Under the pieces are notes generated by a model, which was not told the origin of the DNA, did not search any database, and was given only the letters and a program-made list of their open reading frames with translations. From NCBI GenBank assembly GCA_951406725.2, contig OX597816.1, forward strand, positions 87,482,001-87,546,000: a stretch of DNA of 64,000 bases, read 5' to 3'. Position numbers and translations under genes: made by a program. This DNA comes from Octopus vulgaris. Taxonomy: Eukaryota. This document shows positions 52,602 through 64,000 of this stretch, one piece after another. Position 1 is the stretch's first letter. Each line of letters starts with the position of its first letter.

Positions 52602-52646
<45 letters not shown>

Positions 52647-52847
52647 AGGTACAGGAGGAAGTGGATAGTGTATGTGTGTGGGTGTAAAACTGATGCTGTC
52701 TGATACGATACCATTTCCTTTCACTGCATTTGTGTGTGTGTAAGAAAGAACAGTAGAATATGTGTGTGTATGTGTGTGTGTATGCAAGTGGGTTGTAACC
52801 ATTTATTTTTTGTTTGTGCATGTGTTCACTTGTGTGTTACATAGCAA

Positions 52848-53352
<505 letters not shown>

Positions 53353-54550
53353 ATTGTTAATTGGAAAAGAAAGGAAATAGAAATTCTGTAAGCAAAAAGT
53401 GGGACCAACTAATCTGGAGAAGAGCTCTATTGTCAAGCGGCAGCAGTGTTTACTGTTGTAGGCAATGGCAGTGCTATTGGATTTCAAAGATTTTCATTAG
53501 CTCGTAATGCAAGGTTCAATTTTACTTTGTGGTTTTGAAAAGCCCATGGCGTAACCCTCCGATATATAGCCTTCCCTTGATAATCTCTACCTAAAGATGG
53601 ATTAGGGAGGGTGAGTCCACAATGAGAGTTTTAGCAATACAGTAAGTTTATGCGATTAATCCTCGTGAGTCCTTAGGACTTGATTATCAACTGATTTGGG
53701 TTGAAATGGTTGATGGGTTTGAATATGTTTGAGTTTTTATTCAGGATGTATATACACTTCCTGTGGAAAATGATTGGAATAAATTGAGCTATTATTCAGA
53801 AACTCTTTGTGTATGCTGAAGAAAGTGGAGCAAGCTTTGATGATGTAGCAGGGAATTTTTTTGCTTTTAGTCCAAGGTCAACTCTCATCCAGTAGGCCTA
53901 CGATCAAGAGCATTTCAGTAGGACCATTTGGTCATTTTACTGACATAATGTAGTGAGCGTGTCAGACAAATTCAGCATCTAGAATTATCTATTAGTCCTT
54001 TTTTAAGATGGTAGTGTGTATGTTCAAAGATTTGTTGCTGCTGCTATTTCTAATAGATCGAGAAATTATGTGGCTGCTCACTTTTTAGCTTAGATTATTT
54101 TGGTTTGATGTAAATGTTTATCCCCAAACCTGAAGGAATTTTTAAGGGTTATCAGGGCTTATCTTCACTTTGATAGTGTTAAGCCAATGAAGAGCAAATC
54201 TCTTCCCTTGCCCCTGAAGTCTGTCCTTAATCAATATTTTATCAAATTATTCTATGTAATATATATATAGTCCTAGGAAACTAGTGCTGGTTTGTATCAG
54301 CTAATATTGAGTACACAAGTCACTCATCATGAAACTGGAAGTGCATGCTCATACAGCAGCATACCAAGCTTCATTGAACCACACACAGCTGGTACAGCCA
54401 GTAGAGAGTACAAACACTGAGTGCAGATTTGCTTTGGCAGATGAGTACAAATGTTTTGTGTAAGACCTTTTTTTACAAGAGTAGAAGTCCTGCTTTCATG
54501 GCAAACCAACATTTTTTCTACTTCTGACCTGCTTTAGTCTGCACTGGATT

Positions 54551-54680
54551 TGTATGTGTTGGAAATATGACTGTTCTTATCTTGAAATCTTTTGCCTCAT
54601 AAAGGTGATAAAAGACTATGGCAAGTGATAACAAGGTGCTGGATACCATGGTGAATAACAGGCAATAAAACAGAAATAGT
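54551..54680. repeat. Chimeric local duplication: direct copy of 50979-51005 joined to an inverted copy of 51481-51587
   Basis: 54551-54577 (tgtatgtgttggaaatatgactgttct) is identical to 50979-51005. 54577-54680 is the reverse complement of 51481-51587 with a few substitutions and a 3-bp indel. Confidence 0.9.
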
Positions 54681-56408
54681 CATAGTTTTATCCTGATTTA
54701 ATCTATTTGGTTGTTTTACATTTTAGATTATGGTTGATAATGAAATTTCAAAAGTCAGTGAGTTTTAGGCTTGTTAGTCAATGAGTTTGAAGCAGAGACC
54801 ATCATAGCTGAAAGAAGAACACAGTTGAAAGATGTGACAATGTTTGGAGGACATTGATTTGTGTAGGATCATTTCTTTTGTCTCAGGAACTGTTCCAGGA
54901 TGTTTTGTGTATGTCTTCTTAGCAATAGCTGTTGTTGCCCTTAGTCTCTGGTCAGAATGGATCTGACAAACCTAGAATCAAATATGGTTATCCCAGAAGA
55001 ATACCAACCTGACCACAATGTTTAGTTCTTTCTCTTCAGAATGTTGACCCTCTGGGACTTTCTCCATGCTCATATTTTTTCATTCGACTATTCACAAGCA
55101 ACTGCATTAGTTTTACTGGTCTTAGAGGACCTGCAAAACCCATAAGCATTGGTTCCTCTTTCAATGAAAACAAAGAAGAATGAGAAACAAGAGTGATTCT
55201 TGTCTTTATTGGGATATCTGATAAAGGGTTACATTATCCAATGCAACCTTTCTTTTTCAAGATACTATCATGATTTGAGAGGGATGCAGCTTTATTTCTA
55301 GACCAGGCAACCTTATAAAAGTTCTGTTTATGGCTTGTGTGCATGTTAGTGGATTGTAGTCTTTGATATGTTAACACTAATTCTAGTGTGGGTAAATAAT
55401 TGCATGTCATAGAGGTTTAATATATAGAAATATATTCTGGTTGTTCAGAAGACTGTTGTACTATAATTGATGTATGTGTATTTATGTTTGTGTGTGTGTG
55501 TATTTTGATGTACCAGACAAGTATTATAATCAGACAGATATATTAGTGTATGTATTTGTATATGATGTGCGATGAATGTTTTTGTTGACATGTGTATGTA
55601 TGTATGTTTGATTGTGCACTCATGTAAGTGTATGCATCTGTGTGTGTGTGTGCATTGTGTATATGGTGGTTGTTTATATTTGTGTTTGATTGTATATGTG
55701 TAATTGTACGTTTGTGTATATGTACTGTGCATGGTAGGTGGGTGTATAAATGTATTCATGTACTTTATACATGTGTATGGGATGATGGTTGAAAATATGC
55801 CCATATACATATATATATATATTTGAATGTGTACTGTGTAAACTTTTATGTATATGTGTTTATTTGTTAATTTTAATAAGCTTAAGAACAAGGCTTAATT
55901 TTTGAATGCATGTAGGATGGGGAAGGTACATATTTAAACCTTAAGATGCTTTCATCTTCTCATTGCCTTCACCTACCCATACCTTCCTATCTGTCTATTT
56001 ATCCATCTATCTATCTGTTTGTCTGCTTGGCTATATCCTTAATCCCCTCTTTATTAAGTCTTTATTAAATTGGTTTATTTGAAGATTTACCCATTGCTGG
56101 CAAGGAGGAAACAATAGGGGAGGCTATGACACTCATCAACCAATCACGTTGCCCAACATGTCAGCTCATCACCTAATCCACCCTCTTACATTACCTCAAA
56201 GGGCCAAGAGTCAATGCAAGGATGTAGTAGGAGCACTGTGTGTGTGTGTGTGTGTGTGTCAATAATAAGACAGAGGGAGAATACAATGACAGTTGCCCAA
56301 AGCTAATCTGAGGATTAGATAATACAATTAAAGAAAATAGAGCTCCCTTGTTACATGAACACAATGGATTTCTCTTAATCCCTCACTCTTATGGCAATAA
56401 AAGAAGCA

Positions 56409-56442
<34 letters not shown>

Positions 56443-56456
56443 GTTGTTGTTGTTGT

Positions 56457-56662
56457 TGAGCTGGTAGAATTGTTAGCATGATAGACGAAATGCTTAGCAT
56501 TTCCTTAGGTTTTACGTTCTGAGTTCAAATGCTGTGATGGCCAACTTTGCCTTTAATCATTTCAGGGGTCTGTAGCATACCAGTTGAGTACTGGATTGAT
56601 GTAACTGACCAGCCCCCCCCCCCCTCCCGCAAATTCCAGGACTTGCACCTATAGTAGAAAGG

Positions 56663-56703
<41 letters not shown>

Positions 56704-56928
56704 GGTGACAAGCAGGCAGAATCATTAATATGCTGGGCAAAATGCTTAGTGGCATTTTCTCCATCTTTATGTTCTGAGTTCACATTCTGCCAGGGTTCAC
56801 TTTGCGTTTCATCCTTTCGGGGGGTCAATAAATTAAGTACCAATAAAACACTGGGTTGATGTAATCAACTAGTCCCCTTTATCAAAATTTCAGGCCTTGT
56901 GCCTTTAGTAGAAAAGATTATTATTATT
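56457..56928 (+). mobile_element. Two head-to-tail family B SINEs with (ATT)n spacers
   Basis: Copies at ~56457-56662 and 56703-56918; same unit as 24672-25370. Confidence 0.88.
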
Positions 56929-57029
56929 GGCAGTATATTAGGACACTAGGACAAAATGACTTGGTTCTTAATGTTCAGATCCCACAAAAGCTATGATTAC
57001 TTTTCATACTTTCAAGGTTGATTATGTGC

Positions 57030-57429
57030 CAGGGACGTGCCTGTCTGGGTAGGCAAAGTACCCTGAATGAAATATATCAATAGCAACATTTTCCTTTTAT
57101 GGCAAAATATGCACCTAATTCAATAAAATTATGGAGGTTACTCTGATTACTGTGCATAAAATACAAAATATTTTATTTTTTTGTAGATTGGGCAGGCATA
57201 ATTTGCTCCTGCCTTTCAATCTCAGTATTAAAGCTCTGCATAGAATTGCTGTAGTACACATGCTGCATACATTCCTATGACAATGTTTACTTTACACGCT
57301 GTAAAGGCAGAAGTAAATCTATGTACGACACAGTTGCGTGCCTGTGTTTAGATTTTTTTTTTTTGTGGGTTTTACTACATAAGCGTCACAAACTGCCTAC
57401 CCTGAGTAATTACTGATGGCATGTGCCTG
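57030..57429. mobile_element. hAT-type non-autonomous DNA transposon inserted in a degenerate family B SINE
   Basis: TIRs cagggacgtgcc ... ggcatgtgcctg; inverted subterminal gggtaggca / tgcctaccc; 8-bp TSD ttatgtgc (57022-57029) / ttatgtac (57430-57437). Confidence 0.8.
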
Positions 57430-60149
57430 TTATGTACCTATCCAGTACTGGGGTTAATTTAGATGATAAAACGACTACCACCAATTTGTGATCTCATGCT
57501 TATGTTATTAGGAATATAGAGGACAGAAATGGTGGAACAGCTGAGTGATATGAGTTGCCCTAACTTGAGTTACATTGCTTGGTTCAGAGTACAAAGACGG
57601 CTGAAGTTGATTTTGCATTTCAGCCCCCCCCCCCCCCTTTTTTTTCTTTTGTTTGGAGGGATATGATAAAATAGCATACCGCTCTGTATCTGAGGGTTGT
57701 TTAGTTTATTTGTTGGAGAATTGGACAAAACATTCTTCAAGTATTTATTCTGAATTGAAATCTTGCCAAGATTAAACTTTTCTTTCATTCTTTCGGGATC
57801 AATGAAATAGTCCCAATCAAGTATTGATGTAAATAACACCGACTAATACCCTTCCCCCAATGCCTCAAAATTGCTGGCCTTGTGCTTATATCAAGCTGAC
57901 ACTTTGTATAATATAGTCCTGAATACATTATGCCTGAATATATGAATGTATGGTTAGGTTTTAAATGCCTGGTTGTGTAGACTAGTAGAATCTAGTACTA
58001 TTTAGTATTTTGTTACAGTTCATTACATTTCTGAGTTAAGATCCACAGAGGTCAACTCTGTCTTTGCTTCTTATCCTCCTGGGGTCAATAAAATAAAATG
58101 CCAATCAAGTAATGGGCTTGATACAATCTGCAATACTCATCATCATTATCATTTGATGTCTGTTTCCATGCTGGCATGGGTTGGATGGTTTGACAGGAGC
58201 TGACTAGCTAAAGGGCTGTTCAGGCAGCCTGTCTGTTTTGACATAGTTTCTACAGCTAGATGCCAACCACTTTATAAAATGTACTGAGTGCTTTTACATG
58301 GCACCATCATCACTCCTCATCAACAAAATATGTAACCATGTACCTATGCTAGAAATTAGTCATAAATCTGCTGGATTAGATCTTGCATTTTGTTCAAGAC
58401 AACAGCAAAATGATTATTCTGTTCAAGGACCGTGCCTTATCAAATGAAATCCTTATTAAGATCATTGTAAGAACTTTTTTTCTATGATGACTTATCTCTA
58501 ATCAGTGTTGTAGTTTAATTTTAAATCAGTCCAGATTGAACAGACTTATAATCAAAGAAGGTGCTAATCATGAACATGCTGTCTTTTCATATATCATTAT
58601 TCCTTCTTTTTAAGGCACCATAAGATTCGATTTAAAGGGACATTTGTTATTTTTTGCAGTTCTAGCAGTTGTGTATAAATGCTTTCTTGATTGACCGGGC
58701 CACTAAACATCATAATATAGAAACGGCAACACTGAAAATATCATCAATGGATCTTGTACATAGTCAATTGCCTTACTAGAAATAGCAACCAAATCTTCAA
58801 ATTACACTTTTATCATCTTGAAACAAGAAGAATGCATTGGACAATATATTCCCAGACACCATTAAAAGACAGGATTGTTGTTGAATATTCTTTTACCATA
58901 GTTCCACTCAATCAAGGCTGACCAAGGGCTAAAGAACAGCATAATAGTCGTTTCAATTTAAAAGCTTATGTGATAAACTGTTATTGCTGTTGCAGCCTTT
59001 TGTCTGCGGCAACAATAATACAAAAGAGAATGTGAGTCCATGTGAGTGTTTATGTGTGTGTGTTTGTGCATTTATTGTGCATATGTTTATGCAGTGTGTG
59101 CTCGTGTATGTGTGTCTATGTTTCTATTTTTGTTCATTGATATGCCTGTTTTTATCTGTAGCTATATATTTCTTGATCGATCGAGCTATCTATATTAATC
59201 TATAAGTTTTATTGATCTTTAGTTGTCTATCATTTGTTACTTTATCAATCAGTTTTGTCTATATATCTACCTTCTACCCTCCTACTTATCTATCTGTTAG
59301 GAAATCTATCAATCCATTCTTGTCTTCATACATACATACATACATACATGTATGTATATGTGTGTATATATGTGTGTGAATGTGTGTGTATGTGTGCTTG
59401 TATGTATGTATCTGTGTGTATGGTCTTTCTCTTTTCCTTCCTTCTCTCTCTCTTTGGGCCCCCCCTTCTCTCTCTCTTTGGGCCCCCCTCTCTCTCTCTC
59501 TACACACACACACACACATGTCTCAGTCTCTTTGTCTCTCTCAACATTCTCTATCACTCAAACAAAAGATTTGTGAAAAAAAAAATCAAGTAATCTCACA
59601 AAATAGAGTAATCTTCTATTATTGCGCCAGTTATTCTCTTTCTTTTCTTACCATTTTTCATTCTTTTTTTTAAACATGTTACATTTGTATGCATTTGTGT
59701 GTGTGTGTATATATATGTATATATATGATATCTAACATTTTCAAAGCTTATCTAGGCTAATGCAGGAACATATTCTCTCACATCCTCCACCTCCTTTTCC
59801 CGTCCCCTTTGCTCACACAAAGACTTCAAAATATAGAGTGAAAAATACCCAGTTGTACTTGCTTTGATTGAGTTATAGAAATGATGAAATGCCAAAGAAT
59901 ACAAAAGCTTTGCCATGTTATGTCTCCTTGTTCTTTTGTTATTTTATGGGTTGGTTTCAGTTATTGAATTATGGCCATGCTGGGCTAGTGCCTTCAAGAG
60001 CATAACTTTTCATACCAACCTGCCTGAGATCACCTAGTTCTGTGATATAAACTTCCTGTTTTAGAAGTGATTGAAATTAAAACCCTTCATTAAGATTTCA
60101 TGTTAATTTATGCTTTAGACACCTGTTTAGTAAACGTTAACGTGTTACC

Positions 60150-60485
60150 TTTTACTTTGCACCAGTCATTGGACTGTGGCCATACTGCAGCACTTCCTTG
60201 AAGTCTTTAGTCGAATCAACCCTAGTACTTTTTTTTTTAAAAGTCTGGTACTTATTTTATCAGTCTCTATTGCCAAACTGCAAAGTGTCATGGACATAAA
60301 CAAACCAAACAGTGGCAGGGGACAAATATATATATGATGGGCTTCCATACACTTTCTTTCTACTAAATTCTTTCGCAAAGCATTGGCTAGCCTGGAGCTA
60401 TAGTAGACATTTGCTCTAAGTGTCTTACAATGGAGCATGGACCCAAAACTACATGGTTGCAAATGAGCTTCTTAATCTCACAGCT
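60150..60485 (-). mobile_element. SINE family A, diverged
   Basis: Tail cagtcattggactgtggccatactgcagcac, body, and head remnant acatggttgcaaatgagcttcttaatctcacagc. Confidence 0.8.
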
Positions 60486-61535
60486 AAAGCTGTGTATTTC
60501 AGAAGCCCTCAAAATAAAGGGGTGCAAAAGGGTTCATCAATCATATCAACCTCAGTATTTTGTTTGATACTTCTTTTATCAATCTTGGAAGCAGTGAAAG
60601 TAAAGTGTGACTTGGAGTAGGATTTGAACTCAACAGTTTAAAGAGACAAACCAAATGCCACAATTTTTTTTTTATCCAATGATTTACCAGTTCCGCCAAA
60701 CTGCTGACCAATCTTGTGTTTCGTGATTAAGTTAGTAACAGGAAAGGCATCCAGTCATAGAACATTGCTTTGAGAAAATACTTTGTGTCTAACAGTATAA
60801 AAAAAAAAGCAAAAATTAAAACAATAGTAGCAATAATGAATTATTGGATAATATAACTCTGGGTGTACAAGAGAGATAACTTAGTAATGTCTGGAACACC
60901 TTTGACTCAAGTATGCTCAGTCAAGACTCACCTGGCACTAAACAACAACAACAACAACAACAAGAGCAACATCATTTGCGTCATATTCATAATGTTGCTT
61001 GTTTGTAAATATTTTCTACAAAGAGTAGCTTGTTTGAGACGTAGCTTGTAAATCGTTGCCTGTCTTCTCAGAAACACATTAAACAGAAGAACTATTAGCA
61101 GATGTTAGCTGCTCTGAAAAGCTTATGATATGAAACTTAACTAATTGTCGTTATCATCAGCATAACATTCACTATTATCAACCTCAGCCTTCTCCTCCTT
61201 GTCATCATCAGCCAGGGTACTCCCAGAGTTGTTATCTGCCATGCTGCAGGAGCCTCTCCTCCATCATACTCCATTCAATTAATCACCTACCATCCCTTAC
61301 TATATAATCTTCACTCACCTGGTTATGCGCTGTTACTTCTATTTCTGTAGCTTCATCTTCAGATAAACAGATCTAAATGTTAACCTTTGTTAAAGACAAA
61401 CAGTAGTATTAAGACGTGTTTTCATATTTCCACTTATTCACTAGATAGGCACAAGTGTGGCTGTGTGGTAAGAAGTTTGCTTCCCAACCACATGGTTCTG
61501 GGTTCAGTTCTACTGCATGGTACATTGGGCAAGTG

Positions 61536-62164
61536 GGATCTCGGATCTCTTCTGTTTGGTTTACAGATTTCTTAATTATTTTTCTTTAACTAAACAGCGG
61601 TGGTGCCCCAGCATGGCTGCGACCTTCAGACTAAAACATTTTTAAGGATTTAAGGAAACAGTTTGAAACTTCGTATACTGGTGTAATTCTTATACTGAAT
61701 ACAGTTTACTTTCAACATTTTTGACAAAATTTTGTATTTTAGAAGTTATTTCATGTTTGTTGTATTTGGGTAATTTTAACCAATCAACAATGTGTATTCA
61801 GCTGAAGAAACCTACTGCTGTTTGCGATCGTAATCAAAGAGCAACAACTTCTGGGTCATCTCTACTAAATATATTTTCAACCACATGTGGATTATATTTA
61901 GTGGGGATGACCCAGAAGTTGTTGCTCTTCTATTACTATCGTAAACAACAGTAGGTTTCTTCTGCTGAATACATGTCCTTGATTGGTTAAAATTACCCAA
62001 ATACGACAACTTTAACATAAAATAACTTCTAAAATATGAAATTTTGTCAAAAAATGGAAAGTAAACTGTGTTCAGCATGAGAAATTACACCAGTATATGA
62101 AGTTTCAAACTGTTTAGTTAAAAAAAAATAATTAAAAAATCTGTGAACGAAACTGAAGAGATCT
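61536..62164. mobile_element. Fold-back (fully palindromic) non-autonomous DNA transposon with 8-bp TSD
   Basis: ~275-bp inverted arms meet at ccacatgtgg (61881-61890); for example gagcaacaacttctgggtcatc pairs with gatgacccagaagttgttgctc. Ends are ggatctcttc / gaagagatct. TSD ggcaagtg at 61528-61535 and 62165-62172. Confidence 0.92.
61598..61655 (+). mobile_element. 58-bp 5'-truncated retroposon tail inserted in the left arm of the fold-back element
   Basis: cggtggtgccccagcatggctgc.. with a short tttaagga repeat tail; 6-bp TSD aaacag (61592-61597 / 61656-61661); absent from the right arm. Confidence 0.85.
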
Positions 62165-63201
62165 GGCAAGTGTTTTGGGTTAACCAAGCTCATTGTATAT
62201 GTGTGGGTTTGTGTTTGTCCTCCACCATCACTTGATAACTGATGTTGGTGTGTTTGCATCCCCCATGAACTAGCGCTTCAGTAAAAGATACCGATAGAAT
62301 AAATACCAGGCTGGGATCAATTCATTCCACTAAAATTCTTCACGGTAGTGCCCCAGCATGGCCTCAGCCTAATGACTAAAACCAGTAACAAAAAAAAAAA
62401 AGAAAGAAAAATCAGAGTTTAGTTGATACCATTGCTGGCAGTATTTCACTGGCACTTTATTGATAAAAGATAATACCAACAATAAAAAGCTTGAATGAAT
62501 ACTATAAGGCATTTTGTCTCATGCCCTAATGAGAGTCCAATGCTCTCAATGAATATAGTCTTAGACACACTCACTGACATAAAAATAAAAAAATTCCACA
62601 TAATGAAACCAATAAGCACACTCAGTCACAAACACACACACACACACTCTCTCTCTCTCTCTCTTTCCCCCTATATCCCCTCAAAACTCTGCTAATTCAC
62701 ATGTGTCTGTCATCTGGAGATGCTATTATTCTGACTTGTCTTCCACATTTTTTTAATGGGGTGAACAGTTTGGTAAAGGGTGGGTAGAGTGCCTGGCAGG
62801 TGGTGTGGGGTATGTACATATGGTTCTTCCTGTCTGTATGCATTATGCACCTGTGCATGTATTTTACACAAGTGTGAGTGTGCACATATGCATATATATA
62901 TAATACATAGACACATACACACATACACATGGGTATATATATATATACATGCTCGTATGTATACATACATATCTCAATATGTATGTCTTTTAATGATTGC
63001 ATGCCTGTGTAGCTTACACATGCATGTTTGTGTGTGTGTATGTGTGATTGTAAATATGTTTTGGAAGAAGCTTGCTGCTCTGTTCCAATTCTATTGTATT
63101 ATAATATTATATCCTTGTGGTGTGCCTTTCAAGAAACCAGAAACCCAGAAAGGTCATCCAGGGGCCAAGTGTGTTCTTTATATGTAGGTCATCTTCTTAG
63201 T

Positions 63202-63207
63202 CTACTA

Positions 63208-63248
<41 letters not shown>

Positions 63249-63306
63249 ACTACTACTACTACTACTACTACTGTTGCTGCTGCTGCTGCTACTACTACTA
63301 CTACTA
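63202..63306. repeat. (CTA)n/(CTG)n compound microsatellite
   Basis: Seen directly. Confidence 0.95.
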
Positions 63307-64000
63307 TATTTACACTTCCATTTCCACCCCTATTCACCTGTTTTATTTGTTGCTTTTGATTTATGTCCCTTATTTATTATTAGTTGAATGGATGGACAGA
63401 TGTAGAACAAGAGAGTGGAGGACAGAATGATAGACTGCTTCCTAGTTACCATTCTGGTCTGGTACATTGATTGTGTCCATGAAGACAATAATGATGATTG
63501 CTGAATTGAGGGTGGTTTTTATAAATCATGGGGGGAGGGGTGTATTGGTTGGGGGTGCCACTACACTGTTTTTTTTTTTCTTTTTGTTTTTTGGGTTGTG
63601 TTGGCAGTTGAAACATTAGCAATGATGGTGTTAGTGGCATGTCTTTGACAAGTCAGTGAAGTGTGTCTCAGAGAGAGAGAGAGTGAGTGGGTGCAGTGGG
63701 GGTGGGGGGAAATGAAAGGCTAAGAAATTTCTGTCATGAAAGCTCTTGTGTGTGTGTGTGTGTTTAAAGACTTGAAAATTTTTTTTTAATTTATTGTACA
63801 GAGCCTGCCTGGAGACAACCAACTAGTTGCAACTAGTAAATAAACCCCACTACCATCTACTACTACTACCACCACCACAACCAACATTACTGCTACAGTC
63901 AACTCCATTATCAATCAATCACTGCATCCACCACCACCACCACCACCATCACAACCACCACCATCACCACTACTACTACTACTACTACTACTGCTACTAC

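Larger units (their letters stand above)
61448..62400 (+). mobile_element. SINE family A split by a palindromic DNA element
   Basis: Head at 61448-61535 ends in CORE ttgggcaagtg; the remainder (62165-62400) ends in gccccagcatggcctcagcctaatgactaaaac. Confidence 0.85.

Noticed and set aside
59444-59490. Duplicated tctctctctttgggcccccc
   Set aside because: Simple slippage duplication within a (CT)n tract.
61721-62078. Two similar ORFs on opposite strands (77 aa and 88 aa)
   Set aside because: They are mirror translations of the palindromic element's arms and not a gene pair.

Overview
This is AT-rich, microsatellite-saturated animal genomic DNA with no confidently identifiable host protein-coding exon, so it is most likely a large intron or intergenic region. 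The SINE families present and the repeat landscape point to a coleoid cephalopod, probably Octopus (inference from recognition, not from a search). Nearly all ORFs in the supplied track are artefacts of microsatellites or SINEs. The only real coding remnants are retrotransposon fossils: an R4/Dong-like reverse transcriptase (~700-1700, -), an R4/Dong-like restriction-like endonuclease end inside a (TAA)n tract (~26745-27215, +) and an RTE-clade LINE 3' end (19711-20120, +). The rest is about 20 copies of a tRNA-derived CORE-type SINE (family A), several other SINE-like families (my working labels B-E), and hAT-, piggyBac- and Tc1/mariner-type MITEs. The most notable structures are a ~630-bp fully palindromic element with an 8-bp TSD in a three-layer nest (61448-62400), two CpG-decayed minimal-hammerhead-like motifs, a chimeric direct-plus-inverted templated insertion (54551-54680), a microhomology-bounded ~850-bp tandem duplication and a 27-bp minisatellite grown out of a SINE. 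I see no evidence for a new multi-gene system. All alignments and counts were made by eye, and the boundaries of degenerate repeats are approximate.
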